Notes: generated by a model from the sequence alone, not told the origin. A stretch of DNA of 64,000 nucleotides from Nitrospinia bacterium (GCA_029261715.1 JAJDAT010000016.1:301885-365884), one strand, 5' to 3'; positions 36,512 through 47,703 are shown, counted from the first letter of the stretch. Numbers and translations: made by a program.

Positions 36512-37321
36512 TTACTGCATATATAGGACAAAACTCACAGCCCCAGCCAACTCGCCTAATTTTCCGCCTTCTTTTTTTCCACCAGCAATATCAATCGATC
36601 CTTTTGGTTCGCCATGGCATTTAAGACACGATTTAGAATAATATTCAGGAATGATAAAACGAAAACCGGGCTTGCCTTTGTGTGAAGTTTCTTCGGTGTG
36701 CGGTTTATCTTTGGGATAATTGTCTTTTTTGAAAAAGTTTTCTATAACATTATTTTCCCAACTATCCGGTCGATTTGTTCTATTTCTAATGAAGTTTCTT
36801 GGAGCCGTTAATTTAATAAACGCCTTCCCTTTCATTATCCGATTAAAGCTATCCGCTACATGACGCGCAAATATTGCGGGTAAAAACCGTTTAAACTTTA
36901 AACCTCGTTTATTAATTAAAGGCTGAGCGTTAGTCATTACGTCACGTATTGCTTCTTCAAAAGATTTTATAATTTCGCCTTTATACGGATTTAAAGCTAC
37001 ATCCATCGATTTAGTATTCGACAATTTATTATAATTTTCCCATGCTTTTTTTATAACAACATCTCCTGTTAGCCCTTTATTTCCAGTATTTGGATCATTG
37101 ATTAACTTTTGATTCTGAGAAATCACAGCCCGCGTTGCCCGAAATAATTTCGTCACCGAACGCCCTATATCATCCTTTTCAGCTTCGGTTAAAGCGGCAG
37201 CGCAAATACCCGAGCCAAAAGTTAACATCCAAAGTAAAACCGCGCTACCAACGGAAAACCTGCGGTGGGACGCAAATTTATTCTTTAACATATTCCCCCA
37301 ATCTTTCCGAACATCATTCAC
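36512..37321 (-). CDS. Secreted stand-alone DUF3365/Tll0287-like c-type haem sensor-domain protein
   Basis: Signal/TM segment, then a single CLKCHG haem motif followed by G...GELAGAVSF near the C-terminus. The same domain type forms the periplasmic part of the adjacent chemoreceptor. Confidence 0.6.
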   Translation of the reverse strand: MNDVRKDWGNMLKNKFASHRRFSVGSAVLLWMLTFGSGICAAALTEAEKDDIGRSVTKLFRATRAVISQNQKLINDPNTGNKGLTGDVVIKKAWENYNKLSNTKSMDVALNPYKGEIIKSFEEAIRDVMTNAQPLINKRGLKFKRFLPAIFARHVADSFNRIMKGKAFIKLTAPRNFIRNRTNRPDSWENNVIENFFKKDNYPKDKPHTEETSHKGKPGFRFIIPEYYSKSCLKCHGEPKGSIDIAGGKKEGGKLGELAGAVSFVLYMQ

Positions 37322-37556
37322 GATTATATTGGATCAAACTCCAACTTTAATTAACAAACCCAAAAACACACATCTACCAAACTTTATTGACTATCTTAAA
37401 CATTATAACATTTGAAAAATACTTTATAAACGCACACCTTATTAAAGATTTCTAAAAACCTATTACCAGCTAACTAACAACAAGATCTTTATATTAGAGT
37501 TTTTTTGGGGCACAACCGCAAATTTAAGAACTTTCTTAAATTTTGACAAAAAAAAA

Positions 37557-37578
37557 CCAGGGAGGAAATCCTCCCTGG
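37557..37578 (-). terminator. Rho-independent (bidirectional) terminator after the chemoreceptor gene
   Basis: CCAGGGAGG-AAAT-CCTCCCTGG forms a 9-bp stem. It is flanked by an A9 run on the left and a T-rich run on the right. It lies 47 nt downstream of the stop at 37625. Confidence 0.75.
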
Positions 37579-37624
37579 TTTAATTTTTTTGAACGATACT
37601 AAAGAAATTCTCTAGGAGATTTCT

Positions 37625-40033
37625 TTAAAACTTAAAATAATTGACCAAAGTATTCTGGTCCGCCGCCATACGAGCAACCTCTTGTGCAGCGTTTAAAGTA
37701 TCATTAGCGTCGCCAGTGGTATTTTGCGCCGCTTGAGAAACTCCAGTAATATTTTGAGAAATCTCAATGGTTCCTTGAGCCGCCTCAGCTATAGTTCTAC
37801 CAATCTCAGAAGTCGTTGCAGTTTGTTCTTCAACGGCTCCAGCTATGGTAGTAGAAATATCGCTAATTTGGTTAATAACCATTGTAATGTCTCCAATAGC
37901 TTCAACAGCTCCTTGCGTATCGGTCTGAATCGCCTGAATTTTATTACTAATTTCTTCAGTCGCTTTAGAAGTTTCTTTAGCTAATTCTTTAACTTCGTTA
38001 GCTACCACGGCAAATCCCTTACCAGCTTCGCCAGCCCTAGCCGCTTCAATCGTTGCGTTCAAGGCTAACAAATTGGTTTGTTCCGCAATACTGTTGATCA
38101 CTTTAATTACTTGGCCAATTTCGGCGCTACTTTGACCCAATTTACTAACCGTTTCGTTAGTGGTCTCCGCAACTTTTACCGCTTCTCCTGCAACCCTAGC
38201 CGCTTCGGAAGAATTTTGAGCAATTTCTTTAATACTCACATTCATTTCCTCAGCTCCGGCGGCGACAGCTTCAACGTTCTTGGTAACTTGATCTGTCGCA
38301 GTCGCAACTAAACTAGCTTGAGTGGCAGTTTCTTGAATTGTTGAACTCATCTGCTGACCAACCGAAGTTAATTCCTCAGAAGATGCGGCCATAGTTTGAA
38401 CATTTTCCCCGATTCCCTTAAGTTTTTCTCTCAGGTCTAATACAAACTTGCTCAATCCTTCACCTAACTGACCAATGGCATCCTCACCAGATACAGTAAC
38501 TTCTTTGGTCAAATCACCCTGAGCCGCAGCGCTAACCACACTTAGGATTTGATCAACTTTAGTTTTCAATTCTTCAGCCTGTTCACGTTCTCGATCAGAA
38601 AACTCATGAGCCACTTTAGCTTGTTCAAGCATACTTTCTAAAGCAGACTTAAAATCTCCCTCCAGGGTAAAATTCTGGTTCTCTGTATTCCCTGCCAGGA
38701 TATCTTCTGAATGATGGATAAACTTTTGCAACCCTTCAGTTAATTGATTACACGATAAACTAAGAGTGCCTATTTCATCACCGGAAGAAACCTTTAACTT
38801 CTCTTGTTTCAAATTTCCATGCGAAGTATCTCTCAATACGTTAGAAATTCTTTGAACAGGTTTAATAACTACAGAAGTCAAAAAGAGAATAATACCAATC
38901 GCAATAATTATTCCTATGATCGTCGAAATTATTGTGACCGTTTGAATTCTTGCCTGGTTTTTATCAGCAATACCCGAGAAGATTTCAACTAAATCATTAC
39001 TAACGCCTCTAAGCTCGTTAGCTTTTGTTGAAATAGTCGCCTGAGCTTTTCTATAAGGCCCTGAACCAACTTCTGAGTTGAGCATGGTTTTTACGATGTT
39101 CTTAAATTCGCTAAACTTTCTTTCAACTTGAGTTGCTTTATTTTGAAATTCAGCATTTTCAACAGCTTTAATCGTCTTATGTTTTGTTCCCTTCAAATCT
39201 AACGATACTTTTCCACCTTTTTTTGCCGCAGCTAATGAAGCTGCAAATAAATCTTGTGCAGAATTATATTCATCAAGATTCGCGTTTAATTCAGACCTAC
39301 CAACGGAAATATCCGGCGAATAAACCAAGCGATAACTTCTTATTCCCAGCATATCTCCAACCTTAAAAGGTTTTCCCTTAATAGCTGTATGGCATGATGC
39401 ACAAACTGGCACTGTCGCTTTATCCGCAGTATATAACCCTATATATAATCTACCGTCCTCTTCAAATACTTTTGAAAAAACTTCTTCGGAGTTATCTTTT
39501 AGAAACGAAAATGCTTCTTTGTCCAAATCTGTTTTTAAAGTTTGAGAAGAATTAACTGGATCTTCGGCAATAATATCAATTTTAAAATCCTTACCCGCTC
39601 CAAATTTTTCGTTAACAACTCTAGCCAAAGTTGCTGGGTAAGGAACCGCCGGGTGGTCCTCGCTGGCGGGATCTATACTAATGGTAAGACCAGCCTTTTT
39701 AGCGGCTCCAATTACCATTTTTGTATATGTGCCTCGCATTTTGGTAATATAATTATCCAAAGAGGCAATATTATTTTTAATAGCTTGAACTCTACTTTTT
39801 GAAATGGCATATCCCAAGCTAGATTTAACCATCGCTTGAGTTAACATCCTCTGTCGCCCCAGGGCATTAGAGACTACTGAGTCATCAGCCGCGTTATGTA
39901 ATGCGTCGGTTATTAACCAACCAGAACAAACTTGAACAAATAGCAATACTGCCATTACGCCATAAACTTTTTGTTGAATGGACCAATTCTGCATCCTATA
40001 CCTCCTATAATTGTCCGCTATGATCAAAAACAT
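37625..40033 (-). CDS. Methyl-accepting chemotaxis protein with periplasmic haem-c (DUF3365-like) sensor domain
   Basis: It has two TM segments, and the periplasmic region carries CASCH. A HAMP domain follows. The highly conserved signalling hairpin is [35 protein letters not shown]. Confidence 0.9.
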   Translation of the reverse strand: MFLIIADNYRRYRMQNWSIQQKVYGVMAVLLFVQVCSGWLITDALHNAADDSVVSNALGRQRMLTQAMVKSSLGYAISKSRVQAIKNNIASLDNYITKMRGTYTKMVIGAAKKAGLTISIDPASEDHPAVPYPATLARVVNEKFGAGKDFKIDIIAEDPVNSSQTLKTDLDKEAFSFLKDNSEEVFSKVFEEDGRLYIGLYTADKATVPVCASCHTAIKGKPFKVGDMLGIRSYRLVYSPDISVGRSELNANLDEYNSAQDLFAASLAAAKKGGKVSLDLKGTKHKTIKAVENAEFQNKATQVERKFSEFKNIVKTMLNSEVGSGPYRKAQATISTKANELRGVSNDLVEIFSGIADKNQARIQTVTIISTIIGIIIAIGIILFLTSVVIKPVQRISNVLRDTSHGNLKQEKLKVSSGDEIGTLSLSCNQLTEGLQKFIHHSEDILAGNTENQNFTLEGDFKSALESMLEQAKVAHEFSDREREQAEELKTKVDQILSVVSAAAQGDLTKEVTVSGEDAIGQLGEGLSKFVLDLREKLKGIGENVQTMAASSEELTSVGQQMSSTIQETATQASLVATATDQVTKNVEAVAAGAEEMNVSIKEIAQNSSEAARVAGEAVKVAETTNETVSKLGQSSAEIGQVIKVINSIAEQTNLLALNATIEAARAGEAGKGFAVVANEVKELAKETSKATEEISNKIQAIQTDTQGAVEAIGDITMVINQISDISTTIAGAVEEQTATTSEIGRTIAEAAQGTIEISQNITGVSQAAQNTTGDANDTLNAAQEVARMAADQNTLVNYFKF

Positions 40034-40282
40034 TCGAATGAAAACTCAAAAGAGTTCGACCCAGTACATAAACACAGTTACTTTCTTAATGGAATTAAGC
40101 AATTTTACAACAGTTTTCGTTAAATCGAAAGTATTTTTAATATCTTTTAACTAATTTGTCACTCCACCGTAATAGAATTAATATAAAAGTGACGTTTTAC
40201 AACTTCCCTAATCTGTTTTTGTTGAGTTAGACAAAATTTTAAGTAACAATAAATACCTCCTAAACTATTAAAAAAAAAGGCT

Positions 40283-40813
40283 ATGAAAAAATTCTTTAAA
40301 ATATTTGGTTGGATCTGTTTGGGTATTTTTTTACAGTTTAAATTTAGCGTTCTTTACGGAATTGTCTTTTTAGAAAACCTAAACTTTCATGATCGAACCT
40401 ATTTTATTTCAATGAAATTAAGCCCTATTGCGAAATCCACACAAATATTAAACGTAAAAACTACTGTGCATCATTCGCTAGGACCAGACTACTTTGCAAA
40501 CATTTATATCCCGAAATCAATAAAAGTATATAACGCCAGCGCCTATAAAGGAGCAGAACCAATTAAAGGTTATGTCGCTTATCAAATGAACATGAAAAGA
40601 AAATATCGAGACGTTCTCGCTTCTCAAGATTTTATTATTTCCTCTACGACAAGCGAACAACTGCCTCCTACTCCTATCTTAGTACACTTCGAAAATATGA
40701 AACAAAGGCTGCATAGCGATAAAACTTACTTAATTTCTACAACAGCAGACCAAACAATCTTAAGGGGCCCCGAAAAAGTAGCTGTTAAGTACCCACAATC
40801 ATTTGGTATGTGA
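40283..40813 (+). CDS. Hypothetical secreted protein
   Basis: 176-aa ORF with an N-terminal hydrophobic signal-like segment. No recognisable motif. Confidence 0.45.
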   Translation: MKKFFKIFGWICLGIFLQFKFSVLYGIVFLENLNFHDRTYFISMKLSPIAKSTQILNVKTTVHHSLGPDYFANIYIPKSIKVYNASAYKGAEPIKGYVAYQMNMKRKYRDVLASQDFIISSTTSEQLPPTPILVHFENMKQRLHSDKTYLISTTADQTILRGPEKVAVKYPQSFGM

Positions 40814-40868
40814 AAGTTTCTGTAATTAAATAAGGAAAAGCTAGTTAGTGTCTATAGGGTAACCATAA

Positions 40869-41675
40869 ATGAACCGAAATTCAAAGGATTATTACAAAAT
40901 TTTAGAAATTTCTTCAAAAGCCACTCCTGAAGAAATTAAAAAGAGCTATCGAAAACTTGCGATTAAGTTCCACCCCGACCATAATTCTGGAGATTCAAAC
41001 TGCGAAAATAAGTTTAAGGAAATAACCGAAGCCTATGCAGTATTGATCGATCCCAAAAAAAGAGAACAATATGATCGATTTCGTTCCGGGTTTTCATCTG
41101 GCTCTAGTCAAGCAAATCAATCGGATTTCAACTATTCCCATGAAGACTTATTTGAAAATATGTTTCGGCAAACATTTTCCAGGCAAGTATTTGAGGAGTT
41201 GAACCGCGAGTTCAACAAATCTGGCTACCGATCTGGCCCGGACTTTTTTTCAAAGATCTTATTTAATAGCGCTTTAAGTGGACTTCCACGGTTAATTTCT
41301 TTCATACCCGGCCCTATTGGGAAAATTGGATCTATTTTGATGCTATTAACGACTGTTGGAAAAGTTATTTTTCCGAAGACAGATAACATACAAAATCCAC
41401 GCCCCTCAATATGGAATTCTATAAAAGGGCGCTTAAGCTTTGATAGTTCTCCGACAAACTTGGATGTAGAATTTAATCTAAAAATTTCAATTTCTGCCAT
41501 CAAAGAGGGAGGGAAAAAAGAAATCGCTTATAAAACGAATCGTCAATCGGAACATTTATTAATTAACATTCCCGCCGACATGAAACCTGGGCAAAAACTT
41601 AGAGTTAAAGAAAAAGGACACTGGGGGGAGAATGAGACTAGGGGCGATTTGATACTTTCTCTTCAGGAAGAGTAA
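40869..41675 (+). CDS. J-domain (DnaJ-like) protein without zinc-finger or canonical C-terminal DnaJ domains
   Basis: [33 protein letters not shown], with the HPD tripeptide. Confidence 0.85.
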   Translation: MNRNSKDYYKILEISSKATPEEIKKSYRKLAIKFHPDHNSGDSNCENKFKEITEAYAVLIDPKKREQYDRFRSGFSSGSSQANQSDFNYSHEDLFENMFRQTFSRQVFEELNREFNKSGYRSGPDFFSKILFNSALSGLPRLISFIPGPIGKIGSILMLLTTVGKVIFPKTDNIQNPRPSIWNSIKGRLSFDSSPTNLDVEFNLKISISAIKEGGKKEIAYKTNRQSEHLLINIPADMKPGQKLRVKEKGHWGENETRGDLILSLQEE

Positions 41676-41815
41676 ATTACCGTTATAAAAAATTTCAAAG
41701 CGATTTCTATCAATCAGGTTTGGTTAATAATCAACTTTAAAAACTAATATTACTTTACGGCTCCCCAAATGTTTTTCTCTTAAAATAAAATCATCAATAT
41801 AGGTTGTAAAACATC

Positions 41816-42514
41816 ATGGATAGACAGGCTCTTGTAGCTTATTGGAAAAAGTTTTTTACAGATTTATTTGTCGGATCTATTATCCGGCTTGCACTTTATA
41901 TAGGTTGCGGCTGTTTGGCTGGAGTTTTTTCGACGTTTTTACTTAAATCTACTTCGCTCGATTCTTTACAAATTAGCGTGTGGTTGGAATGGCTTTGTCT
42001 TGCCCTAGCGCTCGTTTGGAATATCGGCTTTGGCTTTTTTCATGGTTTTTTTGGAGCGGCAATACAAACTATCAATCAAAAATTAAGCGAGGTAACAGTT
42101 GGTTTGCAGGATCTCTTGGATATTCTAAGCAAAGAGGTATTGACTAAATTAAGCTCGTTAAACAAAACTTATCAAAAAGAGGAAGCGGCCCGTATTTTTA
42201 GCCAAATGGGCGATAATTTTTTAAAGAGCCTAGAGCTTAAAGGGGGCATTCAAGGAATATTGGGTTCTTTAATTTTTGGCTTTATTATTAAAGTTCTTCG
42301 GTTTCTGTTTTTAAACGAAATTTCCGACCGCTTACTTGCAAAACCTGGCAATGAAGCAACGACAGGAGACATTGAAAGCGCAGTCCGACGCGTTGGAGTA
42401 AATAAAATGCTTGAACCTATTAGCGATAATTTAGCCCTTGCTCAAGTTGCCAACGTCGTATTATTTTGTCTATCCTTTGGTCTTCCGTTTTTTCTTATCT
42501 GGTTTTTTACTTAA
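41816..42514 (+). CDS. Hypothetical membrane protein
   Basis: 232-aa ORF with several hydrophobic helices. No recognisable family. Confidence 0.45.
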   Translation: MDRQALVAYWKKFFTDLFVGSIIRLALYIGCGCLAGVFSTFLLKSTSLDSLQISVWLEWLCLALALVWNIGFGFFHGFFGAAIQTINQKLSEVTVGLQDLLDILSKEVLTKLSSLNKTYQKEEAARIFSQMGDNFLKSLELKGGIQGILGSLIFGFIIKVLRFLFLNEISDRLLAKPGNEATTGDIESAVRRVGVNKMLEPISDNLALAQVANVVLFCLSFGLPFFLIWFFT

Positions 42515-42544
42515 AACCTTTTTACTCCGATTGAAAAAACAATA

Positions 42545-42937
42545 CTACGCGTCTCGAAAATCTAAAGAAGCCGAATTAATACAATATCTCCGCCCAGTAG
42601 GCGCAGGCCCGTCTTCAAAAACATGACCCAAATGAGAATCGCATTTTGCGCACATAACTTCAGTTCTTTTCATAAAAAAAGAACTATCCTCTTCCTCAGC
42701 TATTCCGCCTTCTTCTAAAGGCTTAAAAAAGCTAGGCCATCCAGTTCCCGAATCAAACTTTGCTATCGAGTCAAAAAGAGGATTTTGACAACAGATGCAG
42801 TGATAGACTCCCGCCTCCTTTGTCTCCCAATATTTTCCGCTAAAAGCTTGTTCTGTTCCTTTATTTCTGCAAACTTTAAATTGTTCTTTGTTTAAAATTT
42901 CTTTCCACTCTTCCTCTGTTTTCGTAATCTTTTCCAT
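42545..42937 (-). CDS. msrB: Peptide-methionine (R)-S-oxide reductase
   Basis: Two CxxC zinc motifs (HCICC, CAKC), GWPSF, and the catalytic RYCINS. Confidence 0.9.
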   Translation of the reverse strand: MEKITKTEEEWKEILNKEQFKVCRNKGTEQAFSGKYWETKEAGVYHCICCQNPLFDSIAKFDSGTGWPSFFKPLEEGGIAEEEDSSFFMKRTEVMCAKCDSHLGHVFEDGPAPTGRRYCINSASLDFRDA

Positions 42938-42962
42938 ATCTTTATCCTTTTTCTCCTAGGAG

Positions 42963-43745
42963 TTAAGTTCCTTCATTGTGAGAACGGTTGCGGTTGTATA
43001 AAATCAACAAACCATCTAATGTTAAAAAAGGGTCTACTTCATCGATAACATCCAATTCTGATAAAAAAGAGTTCGATATTCCTCCTGTCGCAATAACCAT
43101 AGCTTTTTCACCCATCTCATCCCACATTTTAGAGACAATATGATTTACCATGCCAGCCACTCCATGAACCGCTCCTGACTGGATACTTTCCACGGTTGAC
43201 TTTCCTATTACCCGTTCTGGAACCGCTAAATCAACCCTAGGAAGCTTTGCCGTATTTTTAAATAAAGCTTCCATGGATATATTCACTCCAGGAAATATGG
43301 CTCCTCCCAAATACTCTCCATTTTTGGATACCGCATCAAATGTTGTAGCCGTCCCAAAATCTACAATAATCAAAGATCTCTTGTGCTTAGAAAATGCTGC
43401 AACAGCATTTACAATTCGATCCGCTCCTACTTCCGAAGGATTTTTATAGCTGATCGAAATTCCCGTCTTAATACCAGGACCAACTATAATAGGATCGCAA
43501 GAAAAATATTTCTGTCCCATCTCCCGTAATATAGGCACTAAAGAGGGTACAACACACGCGACTATAATATCGTCAATTGTCTCAGCCGCAACTTCGTTTA
43601 ACAAAATAAATTCTTTTATTAAAACCCAATATTCGTCGGCGGTTCGGTTGCATTCCGTTCGTATTCTCCAATGAGTAAGCAGTTTTTCCTTTGAAAATAA
43701 CCCGATTACATTATTTGAATTTCCTACATCAATAGCTAAAAGCAT
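42963..43745 (-). CDS. coaX: Type III pantothenate kinase
   Basis: MLLAIDVGNSN, DFGTATTFD and GGAI motifs. Confidence 0.9.
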   Translation of the reverse strand: MLLAIDVGNSNNVIGLFSKEKLLTHWRIRTECNRTADEYWVLIKEFILLNEVAAETIDDIIVACVVPSLVPILREMGQKYFSCDPIIVGPGIKTGISISYKNPSEVGADRIVNAVAAFSKHKRSLIIVDFGTATTFDAVSKNGEYLGGAIFPGVNISMEALFKNTAKLPRVDLAVPERVIGKSTVESIQSGAVHGVAGMVNHIVSKMWDEMGEKAMVIATGGISNSFLSELDVIDEVDPFLTLDGLLILYNRNRSHNEGT

Positions 43746-43897
43746 TTACACCTGTCTAAGTAATTTATAAAAAATAGCCAAAGTTCTCAGAATTCTTAAC
43801 AAACCAACTTTGATTTTAATTTAAGAGATCGATTAAAAGTTCTGATTTTGAAAGACAAATCGCGACTATTTTATTAGAATAAAATGGATGACCGTAC

Positions 43898-44386
43898 ATG
43901 ACAAAATATCAAACGGGCATAACCTTGACAAGTTCGAATTTTGAGAATCTCTTTTCAATTAACTTATATAGGAAAAAAATGATTTTTCATTTCAAATCTT
44001 CCGAGCTTCATTTCCTCAATTTCTTTCGTCTTCTGATCCTTTCATTAACATTATTAACTCTTTTACTTCCTGCAAACGCACTAGGTCAATACGTTTGCGA
44101 AAAGGGCGACTGTGTAAACGGGATTGGGAAAAAAATTGTTTCGAACACCCAAGCTTATATGGAGGGTAAATTTGTCGATGGAGTCCTACAAGAAGGTAAA
44201 GTCTTATTTCCAAATGGGGATGTTTTCCAAGGTAAATTTGAAAATAATAAGCTTCTGGTAGGGGAAAAAATATTTAAAGATGGCAGAAGGCTGGAGGGAG
44301 AATTTTTCGATGAAGTCTTAGTAAAGGGAAAAATTACTTATATGGATGGCACATCACGGTTTATTCAATTAAAACGAATCAATTAA
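43898..44386 (+). CDS. Small secreted protein with MORN-like G-x-(F/Y)-x-x-G repeats
   Basis: The segments GKFVDGVLQEGKVLFPNGDVFQGKFENNKLLVGEKIFKDGRRLEGEF are MORN-like. The real start is probably the ATG at 43979, ahead of the signal peptide LLILSLTLLTLLLPANA. Confidence 0.4.
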   Translation: MTKYQTGITLTSSNFENLFSINLYRKKMIFHFKSSELHFLNFFRLLILSLTLLTLLLPANALGQYVCEKGDCVNGIGKKIVSNTQAYMEGKFVDGVLQEGKVLFPNGDVFQGKFENNKLLVGEKIFKDGRRLEGEFFDEVLVKGKITYMDGTSRFIQLKRIN

Positions 44387-44868
44387 ATTCTTCGGTGATT
44401 CTTTTAATTTTACGATACCTCATCCTAAAAAGATTTTCTACAACGCCCGAATTAATACCAGCAATGTCTTGTTCTACTCATTTTGAGGACATTTAGCCAT
44501 TTCAAAAAGTTTTTTATCTGAAAATATTACCAAACGATAAAAACTAACTGAAAATAATATTAACTCAACGGGTTGTGAGACCGCTTCATTATGACTCATT
44601 TCAAAAAGATCTGAATAAGGGTCCGAGTCCATATTTTTCAATTAAAGGTTAACTTCATTTTGATTTAATAAAATTTAGAGCGTTTCTAATAGACTTTGTC
44701 TTTTCATTATAACCTAGAACCTGATTTTAAGGTCTAAGGCTTGCAACTATCAATTTTTGAAACTCCTATTTTCGTCTTTTTCAAACTCCTTCATTTTATT
44801 CTCTTCATTGAAATAAGTTAAACATTACTTCCACTTATCTTTCCAAATTAATTATCGGTAATTTTAAC

Positions 44869-47703
44869 ATGAAAAAAGAACGCCTCACTTTGGAACAAGC
44901 CTTAAAAAAGGCGGTAGAGTCCCACCAATCGGGCCTTTTAAAAGATGCAGAAACTTTATACAAACAAGTTTTAAAGGCTATGCCAGACAATGTAGACGCG
45001 CTGCACCTTTTAGGAGTGTTATCTTTTCAAAAAGGAGACTTTGACTCTGCAGAAAAACATATTGGCAAAGCAATTTCTCAAAACCCACAATTTGCGGAAG
45101 CCTATAATAACTTGGGTATTGCCTTAAGAGCGCAGGGTAAATTTGATAAGGCAATCGACTCATACAATGAAGCTATAAAACTGAAAGCTAACTATGCCGA
45201 CGCGCACAACAATTTGGGAATTGTTTTTAAAGATATGGGGCAATTGGATAAAGCGGCTACGTCATACAAAAAAGCTCTAGAAATAAATCCCCAGTTTGCA
45301 GACGCGCATAATAATTACGGAACTATTCAAGCCGCTATCGGCAATGCAACAGAAGCAATAGCAGCTTTTCAACAAGCAATATCCATACATTCAAAATTTT
45401 TCCAAGCATATTATAATCTTGGTAATGCTTATAGAACTACACGCGAATTTGCTAAAGCCCAAGACTCTTACCGCCAGGCAATTGAAGCAAATCCAAAGTT
45501 TATACCAGCTCACAATAGTATGGGGATTGCGCTTGAAGAACAGGGAAAGATAAACGAAGCAATAGATTGTTATCAAAAAGTTTTGGCTATCGATCCTTTC
45601 TACGCAGAAACCCACAATAATATGGGAAACGCCCTCAGGAGCTTAAACCGTTCAGAAGAAGCTCTTGCAAGTTATGATCGCGCTATTTCTGCCAACAAAA
45701 ATTACGCAGACGCTTATAACAACAAAGGTTCATTGCTAGGTGAAAAGGGCAATTGGGAAGAAGCTATAATAGCTTTTGAAAACTCCATGAAGACTCGTCC
45801 TAATAACATGGAAGCGTGCATTAACCTTGGGATCGCTTATAAATTACAAAAAAAATGGGAACAGGCCGAATCCTATTTCAGGAAGGCAACCCTTATGGCC
45901 CCTAGCGATCCTATGCCAATAAATCAGTTAGGTTTGACATTATTCTTCATGGGAAAACCAGACGAAGCAATTAAAAGCTTTCAAAAGGCATTGGATTTAA
46001 ATCCAAATAGCCCGGAAATCTTGAATAATCAAGCCATAGCATTTGATTCAATTGGAGACATCAAAAATGCCGAAGATGGTTTTAGAAAAGCTCTGAGCAT
46101 AAACCCAAAGTATCCTGAAGCTCAAAACAACCTAGGAAACACATTAAAAAAGAATGGTAAGCTCGCGGAAGCTATAGCTTGTTACCAAGAAGCTTTACGT
46201 GTTTCCCCGAAATATGCAGACGCTTATAACAATTTGGGAGTGGCGCTAAAAGAATTGCGCAAAATAGAAGAAGCCATTTCAAATTATAAAAAGGCATTAC
46301 AAATAAATCCCTCTTTACTTGACGCTCATATCAACTTGAGCGTGGCCTTAAATGATCTTGGCAAAACAGAAGAAGCCATTAGCGAATATAAAAAAATTAT
46401 AGAAACAAATCCTTCTTCAAAAGAAGCCTATTACAACATGGGAATCGCCTATCAGACTCAGAAAGACGACGTATCTGCCATCTCCTGCTATGAAAAAGCT
46501 TTAGGGTTTGATTGCAATTATTTAGACGCACTTAATAATTTAGGAATCTCTTTCAACCATTTAGGAGAATTTGAGGAAGCTATAGAAACCTATAAAAAGG
46601 CGTTAGACCTCGCTCCGAAAAAAGTGGAACTCCACAATAATCTAGGAAACTCTTTACGTGATTTAGGCTTACCTCTTAAAGCTCTTGAATCTTATAAAAA
46701 AGCCCTAGAAATAAATCCTAATTTTTTTTCAGCGCACAACAATATGGGTAACGCGCTCAAAGACCTTGATCAAATCGAAGAAGCGATAGAAGCTTATAAG
46801 CAAGCTATTGAACTAAATTCAAATTATCCAGAAGCTTACAATAACCTTGGAAATGTTTTTGCTTCGCAAGACAATTTGCACGCTGCTGTGGAAGCTTATC
46901 AAAAGGCGCTTGGCATTACTCCTGACTTCGCCGACGCTCAATACAACCTTGGTATAGCGTTAAACAATTTAGGAGATCGAGACGGGGCCATTAAATCTTA
47001 TGAAACCTGCGTCAATCTAGACCCTGAAAATCATTCGGCGAGACACATGCTTTCAGCCTTGAAGGGAGAAACAACTGACAGCGCTCCGCAAAAATATGTG
47101 ATGAGCCTTTTTGATCGTTTCTCCTCAAGTTTTGAGAAACACCTTATCGAAAAGCTAGACTATCGCACCCCGACCCTACTTCGGAAGGCTTTCGATAGCA
47201 TAACCAATAAAACTGTTCGCTTTAGTAAGATGGTAGATTTAGGTTGTGGCACTGGGCTAAGCGGAGAAGCTTTTAAAGATATAGTTGAGGAAATTGACGG
47301 GATTGACGTTTCTTCAAAAATGATTGCTTTAGCTAAACAAAAAAATATTTATAACCAGTTTTTAACTGGCGATATAACAACCAATCTTGCAGAATTACCG
47401 GGAGAGTATGACTTAATCGCCGCAGTCGACGTATTTGTTTATACCGGGAATTTAAACCCAATTTTTGAAGCCGTCAAAAAAAGCGGTAAGAAAGGATCTT
47501 ATTTCCTTTTTTCAACCGAACGGACCTTGAGTAATAAATTTATTTTATTACCTAGCGGACGTTATGGACATTCTGAAGACTACATCAAACAATTAGCCGA
47601 AGAAAATAACTTTAATGTCGAGTTCAAGGAAACCGCAAATATCCGAAAAGATAAAGGTATATGGATTGAAGGAGATCTATTTATTCTATCTTTAAAGTCT
47701 TAG
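44869..47703 (+). CDS. Long TPR array (about 20 repeats) fused to a C-terminal class I SAM-dependent methyltransferase
   Basis: Regular 34-aa units (A..YN.LG.....G....AI..Y..AL...P) run to about aa 700. Methyltransferase motif I, VDLGCGTGLSG, and downstream motifs follow. Confidence 0.85.
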   Translation: MKKERLTLEQALKKAVESHQSGLLKDAETLYKQVLKAMPDNVDALHLLGVLSFQKGDFDSAEKHIGKAISQNPQFAEAYNNLGIALRAQGKFDKAIDSYNEAIKLKANYADAHNNLGIVFKDMGQLDKAATSYKKALEINPQFADAHNNYGTIQAAIGNATEAIAAFQQAISIHSKFFQAYYNLGNAYRTTREFAKAQDSYRQAIEANPKFIPAHNSMGIALEEQGKINEAIDCYQKVLAIDPFYAETHNNMGNALRSLNRSEEALASYDRAISANKNYADAYNNKGSLLGEKGNWEEAIIAFENSMKTRPNNMEACINLGIAYKLQKKWEQAESYFRKATLMAPSDPMPINQLGLTLFFMGKPDEAIKSFQKALDLNPNSPEILNNQAIAFDSIGDIKNAEDGFRKALSINPKYPEAQNNLGNTLKKNGKLAEAIACYQEALRVSPKYADAYNNLGVALKELRKIEEAISNYKKALQINPSLLDAHINLSVALNDLGKTEEAISEYKKIIETNPSSKEAYYNMGIAYQTQKDDVSAISCYEKALGFDCNYLDALNNLGISFNHLGEFEEAIETYKKALDLAPKKVELHNNLGNSLRDLGLPLKALESYKKALEINPNFFSAHNNMGNALKDLDQIEEAIEAYKQAIELNSNYPEAYNNLGNVFASQDNLHAAVEAYQKALGITPDFADAQYNLGIALNNLGDRDGAIKSYETCVNLDPENHSARHMLSALKGETTDSAPQKYVMSLFDRFSSSFEKHLIEKLDYRTPTLLRKAFDSITNKTVRFSKMVDLGCGTGLSGEAFKDIVEEIDGIDVSSKMIALAKQKNIYNQFLTGDITTNLAELPGEYDLIAAVDVFVYTGNLNPIFEAVKKSGKKGSYFLFSTERTLSNKFILLPSGRYGHSEDYIKQLAEENNFNVEFKETANIRKDKGIWIEGDLFILSLKS

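Noticed and set aside
44730-44745. Sigma-54-type promoter (GG-N10-GC spacing, AGGTCTAAGGCTTGCA)
   Set aside because: The -12 TTGCA is good, but the -24 element matches the TGGCAC consensus only at GG. No enhancer-binding protein or rpoN is visible in the window. This is too weak to annotate, so I mention it only within the finding on the gene-less region.
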